This document shows, piece by piece, positions 46,276 to 54,789 of a stretch of DNA of 62,235 bases. The position numbers were made by a program, and so were the translations under genes. Under the pieces are notes generated by a model that saw only the letters and a program-made list of their open reading frames with translations, was not told where the DNA came from and searched no databases. The number at the start of each line of letters is the position of its first letter. The stretch's first letter is position 1. The DNA is from Clostridiaceae bacterium (GTDB lineage: Bacteria > Bacillota > Clostridia > Oscillospirales > QAMX01), in the NCBI GenBank assembly GCA_016297585.1, contig JAEDGJ010000001.1, forward strand, positions 1 to 62,235, written 5' to 3'.

Positions 46276-46314
46276 CCGCTTTTTGCGGAAACGGACAGGA
46301 AGGACGAATGCCTT

Positions 46315-46734
46315 TTGGAACACAGATGCCTTGAACCGCGCGCGCTGGCGGCCCTGTCGGCGCTGGCGCTGGCGCATGTCGGCGACGCGGTCTATGAATT
46401 GTATGTACGCGGCGAGCTGGCTTCAAGCGGGCTGTATTCCGTAAAGGAGCTGCACCGCGCCACCGTTTCCCTCGTCTGCGCGTCCGCACAGGCCGCCGCG
46501 ATGGAGAAGATCCTGCCCGTTTTATCGGAGGAGGAGCTTGCGGTATACAAACGCGGGCGCAACGCCGATCTGCACCGCATTCCCCACGGCGCGTCCGCCG
46601 TCGAATACGCCCGGGCGACCGGGCTCGAGGCGCTGTTCGGGTGGCTGTATCTCGCCGGACGGGAAGCGCGTGCCGACGAGCTGTTCGCGCGGATCGCCGC
46701 GAAGGAGGAGGAGCCGTATGGAAAGGACGCCTGA
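46315..46734 (+). CDS. mrnC: Mini-ribonuclease 3
   Basis: 139 aa, TTG start. RNase III-like signature LAHVGDAVYELYVR. Confidence 0.85.
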   Translation: MEHRCLEPRALAALSALALAHVGDAVYELYVRGELASSGLYSVKELHRATVSLVCASAQAAAMEKILPVLSEEELAVYKRGRNADLHRIPHGASAVEYARATGLEALFGWLYLAGREARADELFARIAAKEEEPYGKDA

Positions 46735-47623
46735 CGTGCTGTCGGAGAAGTGCATCCGGGAAGCGGACCGGTATGCGGGGCTTGGCCGGTATCTGGAGCC
46801 GGCGCTTGCCGCCGCTGCGGAGATCCGGGAAAACGCGGCGCTTTCGGCGTATACCGCCGCGCTTGCGGACGCCATGCGCGACCGGGAACGCTTCGTACAG
46901 GACCTCCGGACGGTGCGGTTTCCGCAGCCGGAGCCGGGAAAGAGCACGCTGGCCTGCGATTTCATCCCGGTGCTTGCGCTGCTGACGCAGCTTGCGCCGT
47001 CCGTTGAGCGGATGCGCGCCCGGCAGATCCCCGAGGACGTGATCGCCGCGTCGCTGGAAAACACGCGGGAATGCCTGCGCGTCTTTGAGCGCCGCTACGG
47101 GCGTCCCGGGATGGACATGCACTATTTCGGCTGGTCCCAGGGCTTTCTCGATGCGCGGATCCTGCGCATCGGCAGCCTCGAATTTGAGGCGGTGCCCCGC
47201 TTCGGCTCGGCGATGACGCTGCCCGACCGCACGGTCGGCCCGGACGAGCCCGTCATCGGCGTCCACATCCCCGCGGGCGCGGACATTTCCCATGCGGCGC
47301 GTCACGCCGCCTATGCCCGGGCAAGGGAGATCTTTGAGCGGAGCTTCCCGGAGACCCGGTTCCGGGGCTTTGCCTGTTGGTCGTGGCTGATGGACCCGCA
47401 GCTTGCAGAGCTTCTGCCCGGCTCGAAGATCGCCGCGTTCCAGGGCGAGTTTATCCGCTGCCCGGAGCACTGGGAAAGCGACGCGGTCTTTGAATATGTG
47501 TTCCCAGATCCCGTTTCGTCCCCGGAGGAGCTGCCCGAAGACACGACGCTCGAGCGCCGCCTGAAGGCGCATTATCTCGGCGGAAAACGAATCGACGAAA
47601 TGTGCGGGTTTATCCCGTTTTGA
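46718..47623 (+). CDS. Uncharacterised protein, probably the DUF5596 + GNAT-like C-terminal 'acyltransferase domain' family
   Basis: Start set to ATG 46718 (GGAGGAGGAG SD), overlapping mrnC by 17 nt. 301 aa. The family is assigned from memory of the RIGSLEF / HIPAG / SWLMDPQL pattern and was not verified. Confidence 0.5.
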   Translation: MERTPDVLSEKCIREADRYAGLGRYLEPALAAAAEIRENAALSAYTAALADAMRDRERFVQDLRTVRFPQPEPGKSTLACDFIPVLALLTQLAPSVERMRARQIPEDVIAASLENTRECLRVFERRYGRPGMDMHYFGWSQGFLDARILRIGSLEFEAVPRFGSAMTLPDRTVGPDEPVIGVHIPAGADISHAARHAAYARAREIFERSFPETRFRGFACWSWLMDPQLAELLPGSKIAAFQGEFIRCPEHWESDAVFEYVFPDPVSSPEELPEDTTLERRLKAHYLGGKRIDEMCGFIPF

Positions 47624-47647
47624 CGCGATTGCAGGAGGATTTTTTTG

Positions 47648-48142
47648 ATGAATACCAGACCGGATAAGGACAATTATTACCTCGACATCGCCCAGACCGT
47701 CGCCGAACGCTGCACCTGTCTGCGCCGGCACTACGGCGCGATCATCGTCAAGGAGGATTCCATCGTTTCGACCGGCTACGTCGGCGCGCCCAGAGGCCGC
47801 AAAAACTGCACCGATCTCGGCTACTGCTCCCGTGAGAAGTTCGAGATCCCGCGCGGCGAACGGTACGAGATGTGCCGCTCCGTCCACGCGGAGACCAACG
47901 CCATTATCGCCGCCTCCCGCGAAGAAATGATCGGCGCGACGCTCTATCTCGTCGGCATCGAGGTCAAAACCGGCAAGGTGATGACCGACGCGATGAGCTG
48001 CATGATGTGCAAGCGCCAGATCATCAACGCCGGCATCTCCCGTGTCGTCGTCCGCCGTCCGGAGGGCAAATTCGTCACCGTGGACGTTCAGAAGGAATGG
48101 ATTGAAAACGACGACTCGCTTTCCGGCAAGTTCGGATACTGA
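47648..48142 (+). CDS. Deoxycytidylate (dCMP) deaminase, ComEB-like
   Basis: 164 aa from ATG 47648 (AGGAGG SD). Zinc motifs HAETNAI and SCMMCKRQIINAGI. Confidence 0.9.
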   Translation: MNTRPDKDNYYLDIAQTVAERCTCLRRHYGAIIVKEDSIVSTGYVGAPRGRKNCTDLGYCSREKFEIPRGERYEMCRSVHAETNAIIAASREEMIGATLYLVGIEVKTGKVMTDAMSCMMCKRQIINAGISRVVVRRPEGKFVTVDVQKEWIENDDSLSGKFGY

Positions 48143-48801
48143 CCGGCAAGCTTTCCCTGCTCCAGCACGATCTGCCGTCCGGCGCGTTCGGCGACGCTGC
48201 GGTCGTGCGTGATCAGCACCACGGTTTTTCCGCGTTCGTGGAAGCTTTCCAGCAGTTCGAGAATCTGCTCCGTGCTTTTCGGGTCCAGATTGCCCGTCGG
48301 CTCGTCCGCGAGAAGCAGCGACGGCGACGCCGCGATGGCGCGGGCGACGGCGACGCGCTGCTGCTGGCCGCCGGAAAGCTCCGACGGGCGGTGCGCGCTC
48401 CGGTCGGCAAGCCCCACCGCCTCCAGCGCGTCGTACGCGAGCTGACGGCGCCGCGCGGGGGGCAGTCCCCGGAACGCGAGCGGCAGCTCCACGTTCTCCA
48501 GCGCCGTACAGTACGGCAGCAGGTTGAAGCTCTGGAACACAAAGCCGATCTCCTGGTTCCGCAGCGCGGCACGCCCGGTTTTCCCAAGCCGGGTGCAGTC
48601 CGTGCCGCCGAACCGGTACCGCCCGGCGCTCGGAAGATCCAGACAGCCCAGAATGTGCATCAGCGTGGATTTTCCGGAGCCGGAGCGTCCCACGACGGCG
48701 GCAAACTCCCCTTTTTCGATCGTCAGATCGACGCCGTCCAGCGCCCGCACCTCGCCGGCGCTCGTCCGGTAGATTTTTGAGATTCCCTGTAATTGCAGCA
48801 T
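48088..48801 (-). CDS. ABC transporter ATP-binding protein (MacB/LolD/FtsE-like), no cognate permease nearby
   Basis: Start set to ATG 48801 (GGGGGA SD), giving 237 aa. Walker A GRSGSGKSTL, signature LSGGQQQRVAVARA, Walker B LLADEPTGNLD. Its 3' end overlaps the dCMP deaminase gene by 55 nt. Confidence 0.85.
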   Translation of the reverse strand: MLQLQGISKIYRTSAGEVRALDGVDLTIEKGEFAAVVGRSGSGKSTLMHILGCLDLPSAGRYRFGGTDCTRLGKTGRAALRNQEIGFVFQSFNLLPYCTALENVELPLAFRGLPPARRRQLAYDALEAVGLADRSAHRPSELSGGQQQRVAVARAIAASPSLLLADEPTGNLDPKSTEQILELLESFHERGKTVVLITHDRSVAERAGRQIVLEQGKLAGQYPNLPESESSFSIHSF

Positions 48802-48895
48802 ATCCCGCGTCCCCCTTTTTGCGACTGCGTTTAGTATGCCCCGAACAGGGAGGAACGATAACCCGATTCCACATGAAAAAGGAAGCATTTTCACT

Positions 48896-49702
48896 ATGGC
48901 AGACTACCGTATCATCGACGTGCATACCCACATCTTCCCCGAAAAAATCGCCGCCAAGGCCGTGGCCTCCATCGGCGAGTTCTACAATCTCCCGATGACC
49001 GGCACCGCGCTGGCTTCCGACCTCGACCGCGAGGAACGCGCGCACGGCGTCGAAAGAAATCTCATATTCTCGACGGCTACCACCCCCCATCAGGCGGCGA
49101 GCATCAACAGCTTCATCCATGAGCAGTGCGTGCAGTACCCGGCTTTCATCGGCTTCGGCACGCTGCATCCCGAGATGGACGGCCCCTTTGCCGAGATCGA
49201 GCGCATCTGCGCGCTCGGGCTCCGCGGCGTCAAATTCCATCCCGATTTCCAGAATTTCGACATCGACGACGGGCGCATGATTCCCGTTTACCGCCGCATC
49301 GCCGAGTATCATCTGCCGGTTCTGTTCCATATGGGGGACCTCCGGTATGACCATTCGCATCCCGAGCGGCTTGCGCGGGTGCTCGACAAAATTCCGGAGC
49401 TGCGCGTGATCGCCGCGCACTTCGGCGGCTACTCCGTCTGGGACGAGGCGGTGCGGCTGCTCGCGGGCAGTCAGGCGTATTACGACACCTCCAGCTCGCT
49501 GATGTTCCTCGAGCCCGCCCATGTCCGCGATCTGATCGACGCGCTCGGCACGGATCGGATGCTCTTCGGCACCGATTTTCCGATGTGGAAGATCGGCGAG
49601 GAGCTCGATCGCTTCTTTGCGCTGGGGCTTTCCGAGGAGGATAACCGCAAAATCCTCGCCGGGAACTTCCTGCGCGCGTTTCCGGAAATGACCGGCGTAT
49701 GA
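48896..49702 (+). CDS. Amidohydrolase-family (TIM-barrel metal-dependent hydrolase) protein
   Basis: Start set to ATG 48896, giving 268 aa. HxH motif IIDVHTHIFP. Distant paralog of 26723-27592. Confidence 0.8.
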   Translation: MADYRIIDVHTHIFPEKIAAKAVASIGEFYNLPMTGTALASDLDREERAHGVERNLIFSTATTPHQAASINSFIHEQCVQYPAFIGFGTLHPEMDGPFAEIERICALGLRGVKFHPDFQNFDIDDGRMIPVYRRIAEYHLPVLFHMGDLRYDHSHPERLARVLDKIPELRVIAAHFGGYSVWDEAVRLLAGSQAYYDTSSSLMFLEPAHVRDLIDALGTDRMLFGTDFPMWKIGEELDRFFALGLSEEDNRKILAGNFLRAFPEMTGV

Positions 49703-50679
49703 GCGGCCGAAAGAAAAAGAACGGGAAGCCGCAGTTTTCAAAGGCTTCCGTCTGGACCAGCGTCTGCCTCGGTGTGATGGTGCTTGTCGCGCTGCTGTTT
49801 CAGGACGCCGGACTGGCCAGCTGGCTGAGGCAGAGTGCCCGGGAAATTGCGGCCGCCGTGGAAGCGGCGGGCTTTACGGAGATCGGCGGCGGGGCATATG
49901 CCGGCGAGGATCTGGGGACGCTGGAGGTGCATGTGCTCGACTGCGGGCAGGCGGACGCGATCCTCGTGCTGCAGGACGGGCACGCGATGCTCGTCGACGC
50001 GGGCGAACGGGAGCATGGGCAGAAGATCCTCGACTACCTCGGCGCCCTCGGCGTCGATACGCTGGAATATGCCGTGTTCACGCATCCGCATTCCGACCAC
50101 ATCGGCGGCGCGGCGGCGGTGCTGCGCGGCGTCCGCGTGGAAAACGTCATCCTGTCCCACGCGGTACATACCACAAAGACCTATGAAAATCTGCTCGACG
50201 CGGTCGAGGAGTCCGGCGCGCAGGTGTTCGGCGCGGCTCCCGGCGACACCTATACGCTCGGCGGCGCGGAGTTTACCGTCCTCTCTCCCGATCCGGCGCG
50301 CGAATACGACGAGTTAAACGACTATTCCGTCGCGTTCCGCCTGTGCTTTGAGGGCTCCTCCATGCTCTTTACCGGCGACATGGGGAAAACCGCCGAGAAC
50401 GCGATCCTGGCCGCGGGCTATCCCGTGCGCAGCGACGTTCTCAAGGCGGGACATCACGGCTCCTCGACGGCGTCCGGACAGGCGTTTCTCGACGCGGTCG
50501 CGCCTTCCGTGATCGTGATGACCGTGGAGGCGGACTCCGACGACAATCTGCCGAATCCGCAGACGCTTGAACGCTTTGAACGGACAGGCGCGGCGATCTT
50601 CCGCTCCGACGAGGACGGACTCATCGTCCTGCGCTTTGACGAGGGTCGGATCTCCGTCGGCACCGAGCGCGCAGAATAA
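49699..50679 (+). CDS. Membrane-anchored MBL-fold hydrolase (ComEC C-terminal-domain-like)
   Basis: 326 aa. N-terminal TM helix and HxHxDH motif FTHPHSDHIGG. Start overlaps the preceding stop (ATGA). Confidence 0.8.
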   Translation: MSGRKKKNGKPQFSKASVWTSVCLGVMVLVALLFQDAGLASWLRQSAREIAAAVEAAGFTEIGGGAYAGEDLGTLEVHVLDCGQADAILVLQDGHAMLVDAGEREHGQKILDYLGALGVDTLEYAVFTHPHSDHIGGAAAVLRGVRVENVILSHAVHTTKTYENLLDAVEESGAQVFGAAPGDTYTLGGAEFTVLSPDPAREYDELNDYSVAFRLCFEGSSMLFTGDMGKTAENAILAAGYPVRSDVLKAGHHGSSTASGQAFLDAVAPSVIVMTVEADSDDNLPNPQTLERFERTGAAIFRSDEDGLIVLRFDEGRISVGTERAE

Positions 50680-50690
50680 GGAGAAAACCG

Positions 50691-50903
50691 ATGATTGTAG
50701 ACCGGCTGACGGAAACCAGAGCGTATCTGGAGGACGATGGCGGCGACATCCTCTCCGTGCCGCGGGAGCGGCTTCCCGCGGGCGTGCGCGAGGGGGATGT
50801 CCTGATCGCCGACGGGGAAGGATACCGCATCGATGAAAAAGCGGCGGAAGCGCGCCGCGAAATGCTGAAAAACCGCCTTGCGAGGCTGATGAAGAAGTCA
50901 TGA
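50691..50903 (+). CDS. DUF3006 domain protein
   Basis: 70 aa (MIVDRLTETRAYLEDDGGDILSVPRERLPAGVREGDVL...). This is the typical small partner ORF after ComEC-like MBL hydrolases. Confidence 0.7.
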   Translation: MIVDRLTETRAYLEDDGGDILSVPRERLPAGVREGDVLIADGEGYRIDEKAAEARREMLKNRLARLMKKS

Positions 50904-52081
50904 CGGCCATTATCTGCGAATATAACCCCTTTCACAGGGGACATGCCCGCCATATCGCCCGGACGCGCAGCGCGTTTCCCGATTCGCCGCTCGTCTGCAT
51001 CATGAGCGGCAATTTCGTGCAGCGCGGTGACGCCGCGGTGCTCCCCAAACACGCCCGCGCGGAGGCTGCTCTCTACGCGGGCGCCGATCTTGTCGTCGAG
51101 CTGCCGATGCCCTATGCCGTCGCGGGCGCACAGGGCTTTGCCGGCGGCGCGGTCGCGGTCGCGGCGGCCCTCGGCGTCGATACGCTCTCCTTCGGCAGCG
51201 AATCGGGCGATCTCGACGGCATCCGCCGCACGGCGGCACTGCTGGAGCGGGAGGATTTTAAGACGCTGCTGAAAACCGCGCTCGGCACCGGCATCACCTT
51301 TGCCGCCGCACGCGCTGCCGTCGTCCGCGTGCTGGAGCCGGAGCTCGAGCGCTATCTGTCCACCCCCAACGACATCCTCGCCGTCGAATACTGCTGCGCC
51401 GCGCAGAAGGCCGGCATCGGACTCTATGCCGTGCCGCGTACCGGCGCGGGGCATGACGAGCCCGACGCCCGCGGGGACTCCCTCTCCGCGTCCGCTCTCC
51501 GCGCGCGCCTGCGCGAGGGACGCGCGGACGCCGCCGCTTTCATGCCCGCCTATGCCGACGCGATCGTCCAGCATGAAATCGCCGCCGGACGCGCGCCCGT
51601 TTCGGCCGACGCGCTCGACCGCGTGATGCTCGCCGGTCTGCGCGAGCTGTCCCCGGAGGGCTTTGCGCGCTTTTCCGACGCGACGGAGGGGCTGGAAAAC
51701 CGCCTCTGGCGCGCCGTGCGTGAGTCGGGGACGATGGCGGCCGCCTGTGCCGCCGCGAAGACGAAGCGCTACCCCTACGCCCGCATCCGGCGCGCGTACT
51801 GGAACGCGTTTCTGCGCATCCCGGCGCCGTACTGCCGCGAGGAGCCGCCGTTTGTGCGCGTGCTCGGGCTGACGCCCGCCGGAGGGGCGGTGCTCGCGCG
51901 CTGCCGGCTGCCCGTGCTGACGAAGCCCGCGAAGGAGACGCTGCTGCCGCCGCGCGCGCGGGAATGGTTCGCGCTCGACGAGCGGGCGGGGGATCTCTAT
52001 GCGCTCGCGTTCCCGAAGGAGGAAAACCGCGCCGCGGGCTATGAAAAGCGCTGCAGCCCGGTATATGTAGACCGTAGTTGA
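50900..52081 (+). CDS. tmcAL: tRNA(Met) cytidine acetate ligase (YlbM/UPF0348 family)
   Basis: 393 aa. N-terminal nucleotidyltransferase motif ICEYNPFHRGH. Confidence 0.85.
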   Translation: MTAIICEYNPFHRGHARHIARTRSAFPDSPLVCIMSGNFVQRGDAAVLPKHARAEAALYAGADLVVELPMPYAVAGAQGFAGGAVAVAAALGVDTLSFGSESGDLDGIRRTAALLEREDFKTLLKTALGTGITFAAARAAVVRVLEPELERYLSTPNDILAVEYCCAAQKAGIGLYAVPRTGAGHDEPDARGDSLSASALRARLREGRADAAAFMPAYADAIVQHEIAAGRAPVSADALDRVMLAGLRELSPEGFARFSDATEGLENRLWRAVRESGTMAAACAAAKTKRYPYARIRRAYWNAFLRIPAPYCREEPPFVRVLGLTPAGGAVLARCRLPVLTKPAKETLLPPRAREWFALDERAGDLYALAFPKEENRAAGYEKRCSPVYVDRS

Positions 52082-52119
52082 GTAGATCCGCTTCAATGCG
52101 GATATCAGGAGGAATCAGG

Positions 52120-54696
52120 ATGTATCAGCCATTGCAGGACGTACTATCCGGACACGAAAAAAACTATATGCTGCCGTTTTACTGGCAGCACGGCGATCAC
52201 TATGACACCATCCCCGAGGAAGTGGAGCGGATCTATCAGAGCGGCGCGCGCGCGTTTTGCGTCGAGTCGCGTCCGCACAAGGATTTTGCCGGGGAAACCT
52301 GGTGGCGCGACATGGACCGCATCCTCGAGGAGGCCGAAAAGCGCGGGATGAAGGTCTGGATCCTCGACGACGACCATTTTCCGACGGGTCATGCCGGTGG
52401 AAGCGTCGCCGCGCACCCCGAAATGCGCAGCTGGCAGCTCGTCGAGCGCCATGTGGACGTTGCGGGGCCGCTTTCCGATGCGCTCCTGACCGCGGAGAAG
52501 ACGGATGACGAGCATGTGCTGCTCGGCGTGTACGCCTACCCCCGCACGGGAACGGACGAGGACTGCGCCGCGGAGCCCCTCTGCCTGACGGACGGCGTCC
52601 GCGGGCATTTCCTGCATTTTTCCGTGCCGCGCGGCGTCTGGCGCGTATTCTTCCTCTACCGCTCCCGGCGCGGCGCCATCCGGAAGGACTACATCGATAT
52701 GCTCCGTCCCGAGGCGGTGCGCCTGCAGATCGACGCCGTCTACGAGCCGCATTACGCGCACTACGGCGACCGCTTCGGCACCACCATCGAGGGCTTTTTC
52801 TCGGACGAGCCGCTGCTCGGCAACGACTGGTACATGCCGCACGTCGAGGATCACGGCATCTACAATATGCGCGTCGGCATGCCGGGACTCGCGCTGCCGT
52901 GGAACGACCGGATCCCCGCGATGATGTCCGAGGCGCTCGGAACGGCGGCGGAGCCGTATCTGCCGGCGCTCTGGTTCGGTATGGGCGGGATCACCGGCGA
53001 CGTCCGGCACGCCTATATGGACGCCGTCACGAAGCTCTACCGCGACGCGTTCAGCCATGCCCTCGGCGACTGGTGCGAGGAGCACGGCGTCAAGTACATC
53101 GGACACATCATCGAGGACATGAACGCCCACGCCCGGATCGGCTTCAGCGCGGGGCATTACTTCCGCGCGCTCGACGGACAGCATATGGGCGGCATCGACA
53201 TCGTGCTGCATCAGATCCTGCCCGGCATGACCGACTGCATCCACACCGCGAGCGCGTTCGGCAACCGCGCCGACCCCGCGTTTTTCGACTATGTGCTCGG
53301 CAAGCTCGCGTCCTCCCTCGCCCATATCGGCACGAAGACCGAAGGCCGGGCGATGTGCGAGGTGTTCGGCGCGTACGGCTGGGCGGAGGGTACGCCGAAC
53401 ATGAAATGGCTGCTCGACTACCTGCTGGTGCGCGGCGTCAACCATTTCGTGCCGCACGCGTTCTCGCCGTCCTTCCCCGACCCCGACGCGCCCCCGCATT
53501 TCGGCGCCGGCGGCGTCGACCCGCAGTTTGAGGGCTTTTCGAAGCTCATGACCTACGGCAACCGCGCCGCGCATCTGCTCTCCGGCGGCATCCATCACGC
53601 GGACGCGGCAATCCTCTATCACGCGGACGCCGAGTGGATGAACCGCGACGGCGGCGCGATGCTGACGCAGGTGCCCGCAAAGCTCCTCTACGACGCGCAC
53701 ATCGATTTCGACATCCTCCCCGCGGACTGCTTCACCGGCGGAGAGGGCAGCCGCGTCTTTACGGCGGAGGTAAAAGACGGGCGCATCTGCGTCGGAAACG
53801 CGCGCTATCAGGTGCTGGTCGTCCCCGCGGCGGAGCTGCTGCCCCGGAAGCTCGAGGCGGCGCTGGACGAGCTGAAGAAGGCGGGCGCGGCCGTCGTCCG
53901 GCTCGGACGGGATACGGACCCCGCGGGGCTTCTCGGACTGCTTCGCAGCAGCGTGACGCCCGACATCACGGTGGACGGCGGCTTCCCGAAGCTGCGTGCG
54001 TGCCACTATGCCGCCGAAAACGCGGATATCTATATGTTTGTCAACGAGGCCGTGGACGAAGCCGTCTCCACGACCGTCCGCCTGCGCGGCGTGCAGGGGA
54101 AATGCGTCCTGCTCGACCTCCTCAACGACGAGATCGCGTCGGCGGATGCGCCGTCGGGCGCGCTGCGCCTCGAGCTGTCCCCGTATCAGTCGGTGATCGC
54201 CGTCTTCGACCGCGGCGGAAATGCGGCGGACGGGCTGGCGCCGAAAAAATCCTGGACGGATGCGGGAAAGGCCGCGCTTTCCTTCCGCGTGGAGACCGCG
54301 CCGTACACCGATATGGCCGCCTTTGCGCCGTTTGACGAAAATATGCCTTCCGATGCGCTGTACAGCCTGACGTCGGCGGACCGGATGCCGGAATTCTCCG
54401 GAAAGATCCGCTACACCTGCACCGTGGACCGCGCGTCGATGCCGGAGACAGACCGGCTGGCAATCGACCTCGGGACCGTGGGGCAGAACGCGCATCTGTG
54501 GTGCAACGGGCGCGATCTCGGCGTGCGCGTGTGCGCGCCGTACCGCTTTGAGCTGACGGATGCCCTCCGCGGCGGCGAAAACGAGCTTGTGATCGTGGTA
54601 TCGAACACGCTCGGCAACGCCGTGCACGATCCGCTTTCGGATTACATGGCGATTCCCGCGTCGGGACTGCTCGGCCCCGTGCGCTGGATGAAATAA
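52120..54696 (+). CDS. Putative glycoside hydrolase with C-terminal jelly-roll/galactose-binding-like domain (family not assigned)
   Basis: Start set to ATG 52120 (AGGAGGA SD), giving 858 aa, no signal peptide. Normal composition, unlike the Arg/Ala-rich mirror ORF. The C-terminus (WCNGRDLGVRVCAPYRFELTD...) resembles the sugar-binding jelly rolls of large glycosidases. Confidence 0.6.
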   Translation: MYQPLQDVLSGHEKNYMLPFYWQHGDHYDTIPEEVERIYQSGARAFCVESRPHKDFAGETWWRDMDRILEEAEKRGMKVWILDDDHFPTGHAGGSVAAHPEMRSWQLVERHVDVAGPLSDALLTAEKTDDEHVLLGVYAYPRTGTDEDCAAEPLCLTDGVRGHFLHFSVPRGVWRVFFLYRSRRGAIRKDYIDMLRPEAVRLQIDAVYEPHYAHYGDRFGTTIEGFFSDEPLLGNDWYMPHVEDHGIYNMRVGMPGLALPWNDRIPAMMSEALGTAAEPYLPALWFGMGGITGDVRHAYMDAVTKLYRDAFSHALGDWCEEHGVKYIGHIIEDMNAHARIGFSAGHYFRALDGQHMGGIDIVLHQILPGMTDCIHTASAFGNRADPAFFDYVLGKLASSLAHIGTKTEGRAMCEVFGAYGWAEGTPNMKWLLDYLLVRGVNHFVPHAFSPSFPDPDAPPHFGAGGVDPQFEGFSKLMTYGNRAAHLLSGGIHHADAAILYHADAEWMNRDGGAMLTQVPAKLLYDAHIDFDILPADCFTGGEGSRVFTAEVKDGRICVGNARYQVLVVPAAELLPRKLEAALDELKKAGAAVVRLGRDTDPAGLLGLLRSSVTPDITVDGGFPKLRACHYAAENADIYMFVNEAVDEAVSTTVRLRGVQGKCVLLDLLNDEIASADAPSGALRLELSPYQSVIAVFDRGGNAADGLAPKKSWTDAGKAALSFRVETAPYTDMAAFAPFDENMPSDALYSLTSADRMPEFSGKIRYTCTVDRASMPETDRLAIDLGTVGQNAHLWCNGRDLGVRVCAPYRFELTDALRGGENELVIVVSNTLGNAVHDPLSDYMAIPASGLLGPVRWMK

Positions 54697-54789
54697 CGTG
54701 ATTTTGATGCGCCCGGGCGTCCGGAAACAGCTTCCGGTACACCCGGGCGCGGCTTATTTACGCAAAACGAGAGGAGAACTGCATTCAAA

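Noticed and set aside
46235-49741. 1168-aa minus-strand ORF, the longest in the track, spanning six annotated genes.
   Set aside because: It runs antisense through mrnC, the DUF5596-like gene, the dCMP deaminase and an amidohydrolase, and reads out of frame through the real minus-strand ABC ATPase. Its composition is extreme (R/A/P/G). There is no recognisable domain, so it is a GC artefact.
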